From assembly GCA_035221665.1 (NCBI GenBank), contig CM069139.1:37572001-37636000 (forward strand): a stretch of DNA of 64,000 nucleotides, written 5' to 3'. The position numbers were made by a program, and so were the translations under genes. Below, piece after piece: positions 1 to 11,403 of this stretch. Position 1 is the stretch's first letter. Every line of letters begins with the position of its first letter. The notes under the pieces were generated by a model. It searched no databases. It saw nothing but the letters and a program-made list of their open reading frames with translations, and was not told where the DNA came from. This DNA is from Okamejei kenojei. Its lineage: Eukaryota.

Positions 1-561
1 GATTGATTAGCAGATGGGTGGAGTAAGTGGCAAAGGCTGGAAACAATAGGGGGTCAGGAAAGGAGCGAAGAGGCAGAGTGAGATGTAATGCCGAATAGAA
101 GAATATGGGTGGAAGGGGGCAGGGGAAAGAGGGGAGTTAAAAGGATATATGGGTCTTGGGGATAGTAAAAAGTATACAGTATTATTTACTTATAATATAA
201 TATTATGCTGCACTATCACACTTGGCACCACTGCAAACACACATTATACTGCCATCTATTTGCCCATGACAACTACATGATCCGGCATATTGCACAAGTT
301 CACTTACATACTTGATTCTTGCAGAATAAGAAATTCTCTTCGTTCATTTGGGGGAGTAAGCCAGTATTTATCATCCATACTTATTTTTTCCATGAACTAA
401 GTAGTTTACTGTGCTGTTTTAGAGGTTATTTAAGAGTACACACGTAGATCGCTCAAATAGACCAGAGTAAAGAAGATCAATAAACTTCCTTCCATGATGG
501 ACAATGGTTTACCAAGCAGATGGTGGACAGTTGGAAGCTGCAACTAACTGGGCAGTAGGTA

Positions 562-1250
562 TTAAAGAAGGAACTGCAGATGCTGGAAAATCGAGGGTAC
601 ACAAAAGGCTGGAGAAACTCAGAGGGTGCAGCAGCATCTAAGGAGCGAAGGAGATAGGCAACGTTTCGGGCCGAAACCCTTCTTCAGACTGATGGGAGGT
701 GGGGGCGGGGGCGGGGAGAAGAAAGGAAAAAGGAGGAGGAGCCCGAGGGCTGAGGGAGAAGTGGGAACGGGAGGAGACAGCAAGGGTTAACAGAATTGAG
801 AAAATTCAATGTTCAAGCCCAGAGGATGCAGACTCCCCAAGCGGAATATGAGGTGCTGTTCCTCCAACTTGCGGTGTTGCTCACTCTGGCCGTGGAGGAG
901 GCCCAGGACTGAGAGGTTGGATGTGGAATGGGAGGGGGAGTTGAAGTGCTGAGCCACCGGGAGGTCGGCTTAGTTATTGCGGACCGAGCGGAGGTGTTCG
1001 GCAAAACGATCGCCAAGCCTCCGCTTGGTCTCACCGATATAGATCAGCTGGCATCTAGAGCAGCGGATGCAGTAGATGAGGTTGGAGGAGGTGCAGGTGA
1101 ACCTCTGTTGGACCTGGAAGGACTGCTTGGGTCCCTGAAAGGAGTGGAGGGGGGAGGTAAAGGTACAAGTGTAGCATCTCTTGCGGTTGCAAGGGAAAGT
1201 GCCCGGGGAAGGGGTGGAGCGGGAGGGAAGGGAAGAATTGAGCAGAAGGG
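562..1250 (-). mobile_element. Penelope-like retroelement 3' portion: GIY-YIG endonuclease remnant plus terminal repeat with hammerhead motif
   Basis: ORF 970-1266 has C-x4-C-x2-C followed by NLIY...YIGETKR...RFAEH. Reading through one in-frame TAA (970-972) continues ADLPVAQHFNS...KLEEQHLIFRLGSLHPLGLNIEFSQFC to the stop at 787-789. Confidence 0.85.
657..690 (-). ncRNA. Minimal hammerhead ribozyme motif (PLE-associated)
   Basis: Minus strand reads AGT CTGAAGA A GGGT TTCG GCCC GAAAC GTT GCC: core CUGANGA, 4-bp stem II with UUCG loop, GAAA, palindromic ACGU, NUH site. Confidence 0.65.
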
Positions 1251-4200
1251 ATGGGTATACCTGCATGTCCTAACTCCAGGAAACCATGAACTAGTGGCCA
1301 GCACTATCAACACACATTGTACTGTATTTGAGAAGGTTAGTCAGCTCTGGCATTTGACGATGCACCAAAAATGTGAGGTAACTAACAATCTTGCAGCAAT
1401 ACTTCCTGGTGCTCATTGCTTTGCGGGGATCTTGGGTTTCAAACTGGAACAAACTGTGCAACAGGCAAGAGGATAAGAATGTGTGATTAAGCCAATCTGA
1501 GAAATGCGGCCCCCAAAAGACTGTGGAGTGCAAATCTGGAGGAGTTTCCAGGTCTCTGCAAAAACTGGTTCCTTTCCGTCTCCTGAAACAAGACCTGCAG
1601 TGCAGCACAGGAAAGCCACGGAACCCATTTTGGACCATCTCCTTGGTTAGCTTCAGCACAGACCAGCATTCTTTTAAGAGGTGCAGGTTAGCTTTAACTG
1701 GTGCTTCCATTCACTATATTGATCACTAATACAGAGTCCAGCACTACCAACACCCTCCTCCTTCCCCCAACACCCGTGATTCCCTGCCAATGGCCACAAT
1801 GGTTTGCAGTGGCTGTCTTTTGAAACCATCATGACCAGAAAGCATATTTTATGAATGGGGAATTTATTGGCTTGACTTCATCACACATCTCCAACCTCTT
1901 CTCTGTTTCCTTTTCATTTGACCTCCTCATCTGCCCTTGTTCACTCTCTTAATCAAATCACTCCATATATTTTGTATTCACACTATCAGTACCACACATC
2001 TAGCCCCCTGTCCTAACACTCCCAACATCACATTCCGTGTGGAAGTAAATTGCTTGTTAATACTATGACTTGGGGAGCCTGTGGTTTGGGAATATTACTA
2101 ATATAATTTGTTTAACCCTTACACACTCAGCTCCCATAATTTATATTTTTTCAAAGGGGTGAAATTTGGTACAATTCTGCCTCTCACATGTGTTGCTAAA
2201 GCACGGAGCCAAGGTCCCCCAAAACCAAGCCAATTGCTTTAACTCCACTTTGATGGGCCAGAGATTCCTGGGAATCAGTGGTAATGTTACATTTGTTTAA
2301 AGGATGTTTTAAGCATACTGTTGAATCTCTTCCTCTGTCTACCTATAACACTTTTCTCATGGCAGAGTATCTGTATTTTGGAGCCAGGTGTCAGCCATGT
2401 AAATGAAGTGACCTCCTTAGCTCAGCCGACTATTATAATTAGGGCCATGGTGCTGGGGATGTTGCCCCATGAGATGACACTGACCTTGGTTTGTTCATTC
2501 CATTACTAGGTCACCTGTAAAACACGTTTCCACAAATGACTCAACTCTATGCTTTTGCGATATTAATAGCATAGGGAATAAGCATTTTGCATTAATTATT
2601 ACTTTTAAGAATATGTCTTTGTCAGTAAGAGAATTAATTTGAAATTTAAATCTGAATGGCAATAATGAAAGAGACAAGCCAGAAACTGTAAAGGCCTTTA
2701 AAGGTAGAGAGCATTGAAAAGAAAAACACCATGACATTTCGGCTGCAAATGTGAAATGACTAATAAGGCTTTAAAGAGATTTAAAATATTTATATTTTAA
2801 GTTTATCGTCTGTCTGCACATCATCATTTTCTAATATGAGAAAGCCTCAAAGAACTATCGATGCCGTGAGGAGAATGTTATCAAAAGAGTGTTTGGCAAG
2901 ATATGTGTTTTTGTAAATGCAGAAGCTGTCTCCTTACTATGAACAGCCATTCCCTTTTATTCCATTTTTTAAAAAGGACTGTCAAGGGTTGACATAAATG
3001 TAGAAGCTGATTAGTCTGAACTATTCATTTTCATATAAAAAATGTAGTTGCCCTATTTTCCCTCCTGTTTTAATATTTGGTGATTCTTATAAAATGTCTG
3101 TCATAACGTAAATTGTTATTACTCACTATATCACATTTATAGTAATGTTAATAATACCCTATATATTAATATCCCATTCCTCTTTTGTAAAGTATGTATT
3201 TACCCTGAGATGAAGGTTTCATCTTTAAATATGAAAAGATGTATGATTTATGTGTTAAATGTCTACTGTTTAAATTAAATGAGTTAACATTAGGAAAGCT
3301 AAGGTTCAACATGAGTGTCACAACTTCCAGTTTAATGACACCGTATAAACGATTACTGTTTACATGGAAAATCTTTGAACTTGATTTTGTCATTTGTTGT
3401 CAAGTATCGGTCTCTTTAGAATCTGATCGATGGACAGCTCAGGTGAGTTTAGCTATTGTGTTGGTCCAATTTGGAATGAGATTTGAAAATATTTACTTAG
3501 ATATACTGGAAATAATTTACATATCTGATTTAAAATAAGGTGAGTGAGAAAACAAAGATTTAAGCAAGATTTCAACAACAATAACATTAATATCTCATTG
3601 AGCAAGAAGAAAACCAACCAGCCGTAGCTATGTATAATAGCAGTAATGTCTATAGTTCTTCCACAGACTCTGTAGAATTAGTATTATAAGAAAAATATAA
3701 TATTAATTTAAACTGTACCATCATTTTAAACCTTCGAAAATATTGTATTTTTTCTAACAGATTTCTGACTAAACCCATAATTACGTAATTCAGCAACAGT
3801 CAGAATTCCCCTTCCCCCAACTTTGTTTTGAGATTCTAAGAGTCCGGGAGAGAATGCTGTGTTCCATGGAGTTTTTGATTTCTTAATCTGTCAGAGTCTT
3901 CTCCAACATGACAGGTTGAATGATCATTTTGACATTCACGAATATCTAAATGGCATATTACTTATGAATTTGCAAAGCTTAATTTTATCAAATGATGATT
4001 CCGTGGTAAATAAATTACATTTAGTTGCATTTTTTTTGTATGTGTTTAAGTTTAATCTTTCTGCATTAAAATTCAAAAACACCACGTACAGTGTCCAAGA
4101 AAGATATGGACTATTCTATTGTTTAATTCCATGAATGACATCCTGTAGGAAGAAATGTGCCTGGAAGTCACAAGGTCCCTTGAATTAATATAGACGTGGC

Positions 4201-5349
4201 CTATTGTTTGGCTTTCTCATTTGTAAGATAAAATTCATTGATGGCTGCGTCACTGCCATGAAGTTGTGCATAGCTCAGACAGCAAAGGAACCGAGATCAG
4301 CATTTAATTCCGCATCCAAATTTTTGCAGCTAATGACTCAATGTTCACCACAGCCCTGGAATAAGAGCAGAAAATGCTGGAAACACTCCACAGGTCAAGC
4401 AACATCTCTGGGAGAAAAAAAATGTTAACGTTTCAGGTCCAAGAGCTTGAAACTGTGTGCTGTAGTTTGAGACTCTCCTACTTGCAGAAATATCTCAACA
4501 TTTACCCTGTCAATCCTCATACCTAATCCTTATTATATGCCCTTCCCTCTCAACATGTCATTTCTACTGACATACAAGCTATAGATGGCAGAAGGAACTC
4601 TGATTTTTCTCCATTCTAGTCACTATTTTTAGTTAAGTTTGCTTTATTATTGTGACATGTACCGAAAATGCAGTGAAAGCTTTGTTTTGCGTGGTATCCA
4701 GTCAAATCTCTATAATACTAAAACTCTTCCTATTGTTTGTGTTTATGCCGAAGTTGTGTCAATCTATTTTTCCTATCTTCTTCCAAACGCTAGGCCATGG
4801 TCTTCCCATTTTCACATATCCTACTTGCATTTTTCCCATTGTTGCGATAAACATCTTCCCGTCGCATTCCCATCTATATTTCCGATGATATTAATCCTTT
4901 AAATTTAAAAAACAGCACCAAAAACTCACCTATTTCTGAAAAAAAAAACCCGCGCCGAGCCCGGGGCTTGAGATGCGGCCGTGACCGGGGTCGAGAAAGT
5001 AGCCGCCACTGAAACCAAGGACGAGCCTGGGTCCGGGGTCACGGATGAGCCTGGAGATGAAGTTGGTGCCTGCACTGGAGCCCAGGCAGCGGCTAAGCTG
5101 ACGTCTGGAGTCTACATCCAGGGCCGGGCCTAGTACGAGAACCAAGCCGAGTTCCAGGCCCTGCAGCTGCTCTACTACCTGGGTAGGTCCTGAGGCAGGG
5201 AATGGGAGTGAGGGGAGGAGGAGGATGGAAATGAGGAGGAGGGAGATGGGGTGGGAGTGGGGTGGTAGAGGGGGGGGGGGGGGTTGTCACTCCATTTAAC
5301 ACAAGGGCAGCAGCATGGATACTAGTCAGTGTGTAAATGAGAGGTTACC

Positions 5350-5680
5350 TAGAACACTATAGCACAGCAAGAGGGCCTTTGAGCAATAATGTTTGTTCCA
5401 AATATGATGCCGTGTTAAACTAATCTTCTTTGCCTGCACCTTATCGATATCCCTCCATTTCCTGCATATTGCTTGGCCTATCTAAAAGTCTCTTACGCTC
5501 CACTATTGTATTTGCCTCCATAACCACCCCTAGCAGCACGGTCCAGGCACCCACCACCCTCTGCATAAAAAAAAGACTTGCCCCATTCATTTCTTTTAAA
5601 CCTTGCCTCTCTCACCCTGAAGCTAACTCCCTAGTCCTTGGCATTTCCAGCTTGGGAAAGGTTCTGACTGTCTACCCTTA
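5350..5680 (-). mobile_element. Degenerate CR1-type LINE 3' fragment
   Basis: Visible similarity to the 3' ends of the other CR1 copies (ACCACCCTCTG...AAAA, CCCTAGTCCTTG). Confidence 0.55.
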
Positions 5681-6300
5681 GGTTAATGGCAGTTTTTGCA
5701 TTGGTGGGACAATAGGGTTTGAGTTACTACAAGTAATGCAAGGGAAAAGAGCCTTGCAATTGCCAACTCCCAAAAGGGGCAAAGAATCACTTGGGTTTGA
5801 CTGCAGATGACTCAGCTGGTTGACATTCTCTACAAAATGTTTCATCTCTGGAGAACAATGAAAGATTATGTTTTCGGTCGCACCTGAGTCTGAAGAAGGT
5901 TAGGTCATTTCCACTAGAATGCCATGTTTGATAGCCAATGCCTCAGTTTTGGATGCAACTCCCTACTGAGGCTCTGCAATACAGGGGTTCCACGATGAAA
6001 GCCCAGGATTGTGCCCTGAAAGCTCAGATGGTGAGCATCATGAACCTGGATAACATTGGAGGCATCAGGATATATCTGCCTGTCCCACAGTTTGCTCTCT
6101 CACACGAGGATAGACAAGGTTTCACCTGTGGGAGCCGTAGTGGTTCCAGGAAGCACAAACATACTGTACATCATCAGGAGGCACACAGCCGCGGTTCCAG
6201 TGCCACTCGGTTAATGAGCCGCTTAGCTGAGAGCAAATAGCGAGGGTAATTCCTGAATTTGCCTTTGAAATTACATAGTCATTTGATTGCTCAGGAGTTG

Positions 6301-6903
6301 TAGAAACACAGAAACATAGAAAATAGGTTTTAGAAAACAAGTGTATGCTATTCGGCCCTTTGAGCCATTCTATATGATCATGCAAAATCGGTACCCCGTT
6401 CCTGCTTTCTCCCCATATCCCTTGATTCTGTTAGCCCTAAGAGCGATATCTAACTCTCTCTTGAAAACTTTCAATAAATTGGCCTCCGCTGCCTTCTGTG
6501 GCAGAGAATTCCACAGATTCACAACTCTGGGTGAAAAATGTTTCCTCATCTCAGTCCTAAATGGCCAACCCCTTATTCCTAAACTGTGACCCCTGGTTCT
6601 GGACTTCCCCAACATCAGGATTTTTTTTCCTGCATCTAGACTGTCCAATCTCTTAAGAATTGCATATGTTTCTATAAGAATCCCCTTCGTCCTTCTAAAT
6701 TCCAGTGAATATAAGCCCATTTCATCATATGTCAGTCCTGCCATCCCGGGAATTAACCTGGTGCACTCTCTCAATAGCAAGAATGTCCTTCCTGAAATAG
6801 GGAGACCAAAACTGCACACAATACTCCAGGTGCAGTCTCTTCAGAGCCATGTATAACTGCAGTAGGACCTCCTTGCTCCTATATTCAAATCCTATCCCCA
6901 TGA
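6301..6903 (-). mobile_element. CR1/HER1-type LINE 3' fragment
   Basis: Frameshifted ORFs with HLEYCVQFWSP, LGLYSLEFRR-like and RVVNLWNSLP motifs; (CATAGAAA)n-like tail. Confidence 0.85.
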
Positions 6904-7194
6904 GTCTATCTGAGGGTCTCTGCCAACTGTCTCCACAGTGCAGGACCATTTTAAACCACCTCCCTCTGGAAAAACTCATTTTATTTCTGCTGGAGAAAAA
7001 CAAAGGGAGGTTTGACAAGTAGGCCAGACTGCATCAATTGTAACCTTGGACCAACCTCCTTTGTACACTTTAAACCATTCACAGCATGTGGGTCGTACTG
7101 TCATGTGCATTCACAGTTGGCTTTGAGAAAGTTGATGGGCCATCTCCTTGAACAATTGCAATCCATGTCATCACTCAGGGGTAGGGAGACATCA

Positions 7195-7610
7195 TTAAGT
7201 TGGACAGGGTACAGATGAGATTCACCAGGACGTGACTTGGGGTTGCAGGCTTGAGTTATAGGAGGGGTTGGATAGGCTAGGACCTTTTCCTTTGGAGGAT
7301 TGGAGGCTAAGGATTGACCCTTTTGAGGTGTACAAGATCATGATGGTGGAGGATTCTAATACTGGAGGTTATAGGCTTAAGGGAAGAGATTTAGTAGAGA
7401 CCTCAAAGACAACCTTTTCACTCGGAGGGTAGTTCATATCTGGAACGAGCTGCCAGAGGAAGGTATATAAGACACTTGGACAAATATATGGATAGGAAGG
7501 GTCTAGGATATGGGCCAAATACAGGCAAATAAGTCTAGCCCAGTATACCAAGTTGGTCAGTATGAACAACGAGGGCTGAAGACCTGTTTCCATGCACTAA
7601 AGCTCTATAA
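7195..7610 (+). mobile_element. Degenerate CR1-type LINE 3' fragment
   Basis: AGGGTACAGATGAGATTCACCAGG, TGGAACGAGCTGCCAGAGG and GGGCTGAAG..CCTGTTTCCATG motifs shared with the other CR1 copies. Confidence 0.7.
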
Positions 7611-7819
7611 TGGTATGTAGTGAACTTGCATTAACCACTTAATTCAGAATAGGTTGTGGTTTGGAGGGGAAATTGTGGGTGGTGGTTCTGCCATGTACCC
7701 ACTGAACCTCCTACAATGCATGTGATTGCAATGCAGTGCATGGTGAGTCTCCTCAGTTGATCCTGTAGGTGGCCCGTGAATCTGATGCATTGTGGTGAAT
7801 AATTCGCGAATATGTGGAC

Positions 7820-8550
7820 CCAGATGCTGGAATCAGAAACAAAACAGAAATGCTAATATTGAAGACCAAAAGAACAGAGACATGGTTCTCAGGAAAGGCA
7901 ATTGACTGCCACGAGCATTCCATTAACTCTCCTCCCATCTTGGAAATGCCCTAAACTTCAATGATTATGAAGGGGGAGGGGGATGGGAGGGGAGTAAGTG
8001 GAAGTTACTTAAAATTAGAGAATTTAAATTTTCAAACCGTTAGGTTGAAAGCTGCCCAAGTGAAATCTGAGGTGCTGCTCCTCCAATTTTTGCTTGTGCC
8101 CTCACTCAGGGAATTGAGGAGGCTAAGGACGGAAAGGTCAATATTGGAATGAGAATTTCAAGTTTTAAGTAACTTCTACTAATTAGAAGTAACTTCTACT
8201 TACACTCCCCTCTCCCCCACCCTTGCCACCTTCCTCCACCCTAGCTGTTTTACTAGTTCCAGAGTTCTGCATGGTGTTTCTCTCTTGAGATCACACTTTC
8301 CCTAGTCAACAATGAGCCAACCAGGGCACCGCCCTGCGTAAGGGCATTTGGGGCCAGCTCTGATTGGTCCTGGGCTCTTCTCTCCACCAGCTCTTTATCC
8401 CATCTCCCCCCACTTTCATTCTGAAGAGCGGTCTCAACCCAAATCATCACCCATCCTTTTGCTCCAGAGATGCTGCCTGACTCGCTGAGTTACTCCTGCA
8501 CTTTGTGTATTATCTTTGGTATAAACCAGCACCTGCAGTTCCTTGTTTCT
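7820..8550. mobile_element. Degenerate Penelope-like element in inverted configuration
   Basis: 8000-8150 encodes a KLEEQHL.F.LGS remnant on the minus strand, homologous to 790-880. 8190-8550 is a plus-strand terminal repeat with a decayed CTGAAGA core at about 8421. Confidence 0.65.
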
Positions 8551-8829
8551 GACACAAAACATTAACTGGTTGCACTTTCTGCTGATGCTGCTTGACTGGC
8601 TGAGATCTTCCAAGATTTTTTTTTTTTAATTTCAGGCACAGGTTGGATTCCAGCTAAATCATCTATTTTGCCCGGAATTCTTTTGCACCTATTGTATCTT
8701 CTTGGATCTGCTTTCAAGCAAGAAGTTGATGGATATTTTGTGATGCAACTGACTTGTGCCTTGTTGATCGTGGACAATGTTTACGGTGTCAATAGGTGAA
8801 TCACTTGTGATAGAAAACTTAGCTTCTAA

Positions 8830-9264
8830 CTTGTCCAGGAGCAGAAAAGGATGCAGAAAGTTGTAACTACTGTCCAGTCCATCATCGGCTCTGACCTCCC
8901 CACCATCAAAGGATCTATCGCAGTCACTGCCTTAAAAAGGCAGCCAACATCATCAAGGACCCACACCATCCTGGCCACGCACTCATCTCTCCGTTGCCAT
9001 CGGGCAGAAGGTACAGGAGCCTGAAATCTATTACATCCAGGTTCAGGAACAGCTTCTTCTCCACAGCCATCAGGCGATTAAACTCGCCATCAAACAAACT
9101 CTGAACTATAACAGCCTATTGCACTTTATCTGTTTATTTATGTGTATATTGAACTGAACTGTTCTGTATTTTTGTTTACAATACTCTGTTATGCTGCAGC
9201 AAGCAAGAATTTCATTGTCCTATCTGGGACACATGACAATAAACTCTCTTGACTTGACTTGACT
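8830..9264 (+). mobile_element. Rex/Babar-type LINE 3' end
   Basis: Encodes a KAANIIKDPHHPGH..LPSGRRYRS...SRFRNSFF..AIR remnant; AATAAA followed by a (CTTGA)n tail. Confidence 0.75.
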
Positions 9265-10100
9265 ATGACCTCCAAAAAGATCTCGATACTATGGTTGAGT
9301 GGTGACAACAATGGGGCATGCAGTTCAACCCTTCCAAATGTGAAACCATGCGTGTCACCAGAAAGAGGAATCCAGGCGTCACATCTTACAACATACTTGG
9401 TGTCACCCTTGAAGAATCCAAACAAACCAAGTATCTTGGCGTCAAATTGCAGAATGATCTACGTTGGAACAGTCAGACTCATCATGCAACAGTGAAAGCA
9501 CCAGGTGTCCTAAACTTCCTGAGGTGCAACTTCCATCATTGTTCAGCTTCTGTCAAGGAGAAGCTGTATTTCACCCTCGTTAGACCTCATCTGGACTACG
9601 CAGTTGCAGCTTGGTACCCATACACAGATAAAAACATTTCATCCATCGAACGTGTCCAAAGACAGGCCGCTCGATTTGTTACTAACACCTACGAGAGAGA
9701 AACGAGTGTCACCAAACTTCTGAATTCTCTGGGGTGGAACCCTCTCCAAGACAGACGTGAAGCTCACCGTTTGACCTGTTTTTACAAAATGTTAAATGGT
9801 CAGCTAGACATAGATCACAAGACCTACACCAACCCCAAACCAATTAGGAGCAGACGAGTGCATTTGATCCAATTTGTGGTCCCAGCCACAAAGAGATGTG
9901 TACAGCAATTCGTTCTTCCCACGCACTATTAAAGCATGGAATAATCTCCACCAAACCACGGTTGCCCAGCCAGATGCAACTAAATTTAAAGTGGCACTTT
10001 CTTCCCAATAACCCTCTCTGGCTAAACCCCTCCCTTCACCACCTCCAGTTTAAATTCCAGTTGGAATATTTTGGAGGACCAAGTAACCAAGAACCAAGAG
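9265..10100 (+). mobile_element. 5'-truncated non-LTR retrotransposon of the CR1/L2 group, a different family from the local CR1s
   Basis: 204-aa ORF 9318-9932 with FNPSKC, KYLGV, LVRPHLDYA, ERVQRQAARFV and LGW..LQDRR (RT C-terminal region); (AACCAAG)n tail at about 10078-10100. Confidence 0.85.
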
Positions 10101-11308
10101 CCAATCCAGTCAAATTTCTAATTGGTACACTGCTGTTGAAGAATCCAACTATAATGATGCCGATGTAGTTCAAATGAGAGAAATTAGTCTCTAATGTGGA
10201 GTTTGTGCGCCAAAACTTGCTTACGACTTTTCAGCTTGTCTCTGAACAATGTCCTCGTCCTCCTGTATGTCAGAACAAACTGCTTTACAATCTGAGCACA
10301 CTTAGAACTCAACTTCATAACAGGATAGAAATAACAATTGATGGCATCAATGGTCAATGCTTCATTTTATGTTTTAATGTCATTATTTGTGTACCAAGAA
10401 AAATATTACAACTTACATCATTTATCTATCTTCAGTCAGAAGAAGGGTCTGTTCATTGTCGTCTGTTGTCAAATGTTGTCTGTTCATTCCCTCCACAGAT
10501 GCTGCCTGTACCATTGTTCCTCCGCCAGTCATTTATCTATCCATATGTGTACAGAGTACATTTGCTATGTTATATGTCACCCCCTTCCCTGTGGAAGGTT
10601 TGGAGCGGTATATAGTTTTTATATAGAGCGCCAGAGTTTGTTACGTAGTGCTAAATTCTGTACTGTACTATTCAACATTTACAGGATTCCATTCTCTTAA
10701 TATTTTGCTTGTTTGAAATCATCAACATCATCTTAATCCACCACTCATTGTTTTGTATAATTTACACAGTCATTGTGTCAATGTAGGCTGGCAGCACTGA
10801 ATTGTTCTCTGGGCAAGATAGCATTCTAAGCATCCCAGAGCTAAACATTGTTAATATGGTTTTATATAGTTGAATATGATGAGCTGCCAGTGTGGTCTTA
10901 AAAGCTTCTTAAAATGGTATGGTTTGAGTTACTCCCTGTTCATAAATGCCATCTTTGTTTCCCATTAATATGTCTGATACTCAGACTGAGATTCAAAACA
11001 CACTGTGTGATTAATTGTAAATAAAAGGCTTTCAAACTTCAAGATAATTTATTAATGTCATATGTACATCTTTCAATCTCACAATAAATTCTTTAAACTT
11101 TTATAGTTAGATTAAAGATTAATACCACAGCGACATGGTTATTTTTTTCAATAAAATCATTAATTAAAAGGACAACTTACAAACACTTGGCAATATTTGT
11201 GCCAACTAGATTGAAAATTATTAAAGAATTCTCTTCACGCATAAAGGTTGTTGTTACAATGAACAGAAGGCATCGTTTAATTTAATGAGGCAGCAATGTT
11301 TTATGGCA

Positions 11309-11403
11309 AGGTAGACACAAAATGCTGGAGTAACTCAACGGGACAGGCAGCATCTCTGGAGAGAAGGAATGGTGACGTTTCGGGTCGAGACCCTTCTTCA
11401 GAT
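11309..11403 (-). mobile_element. Solo PLE-terminus mini-element with intact hammerhead core (11371-11403)
   Basis: Minus strand CTGAAGA A GGGT CTCG ACCC GAAAC GTC ACC; homologous to 590-690. Confidence 0.75.

Noticed and set aside
928-1476. 182-aa plus-strand ORF
   Set aside because: Mostly the antisense frame of the Penelope endonuclease, running into flanking DNA.
1291-1710. 139-aa minus-strand ORF
   Set aside because: No recognisable motif or splice structure. It may be decayed repeat sequence, but I cannot support a call.
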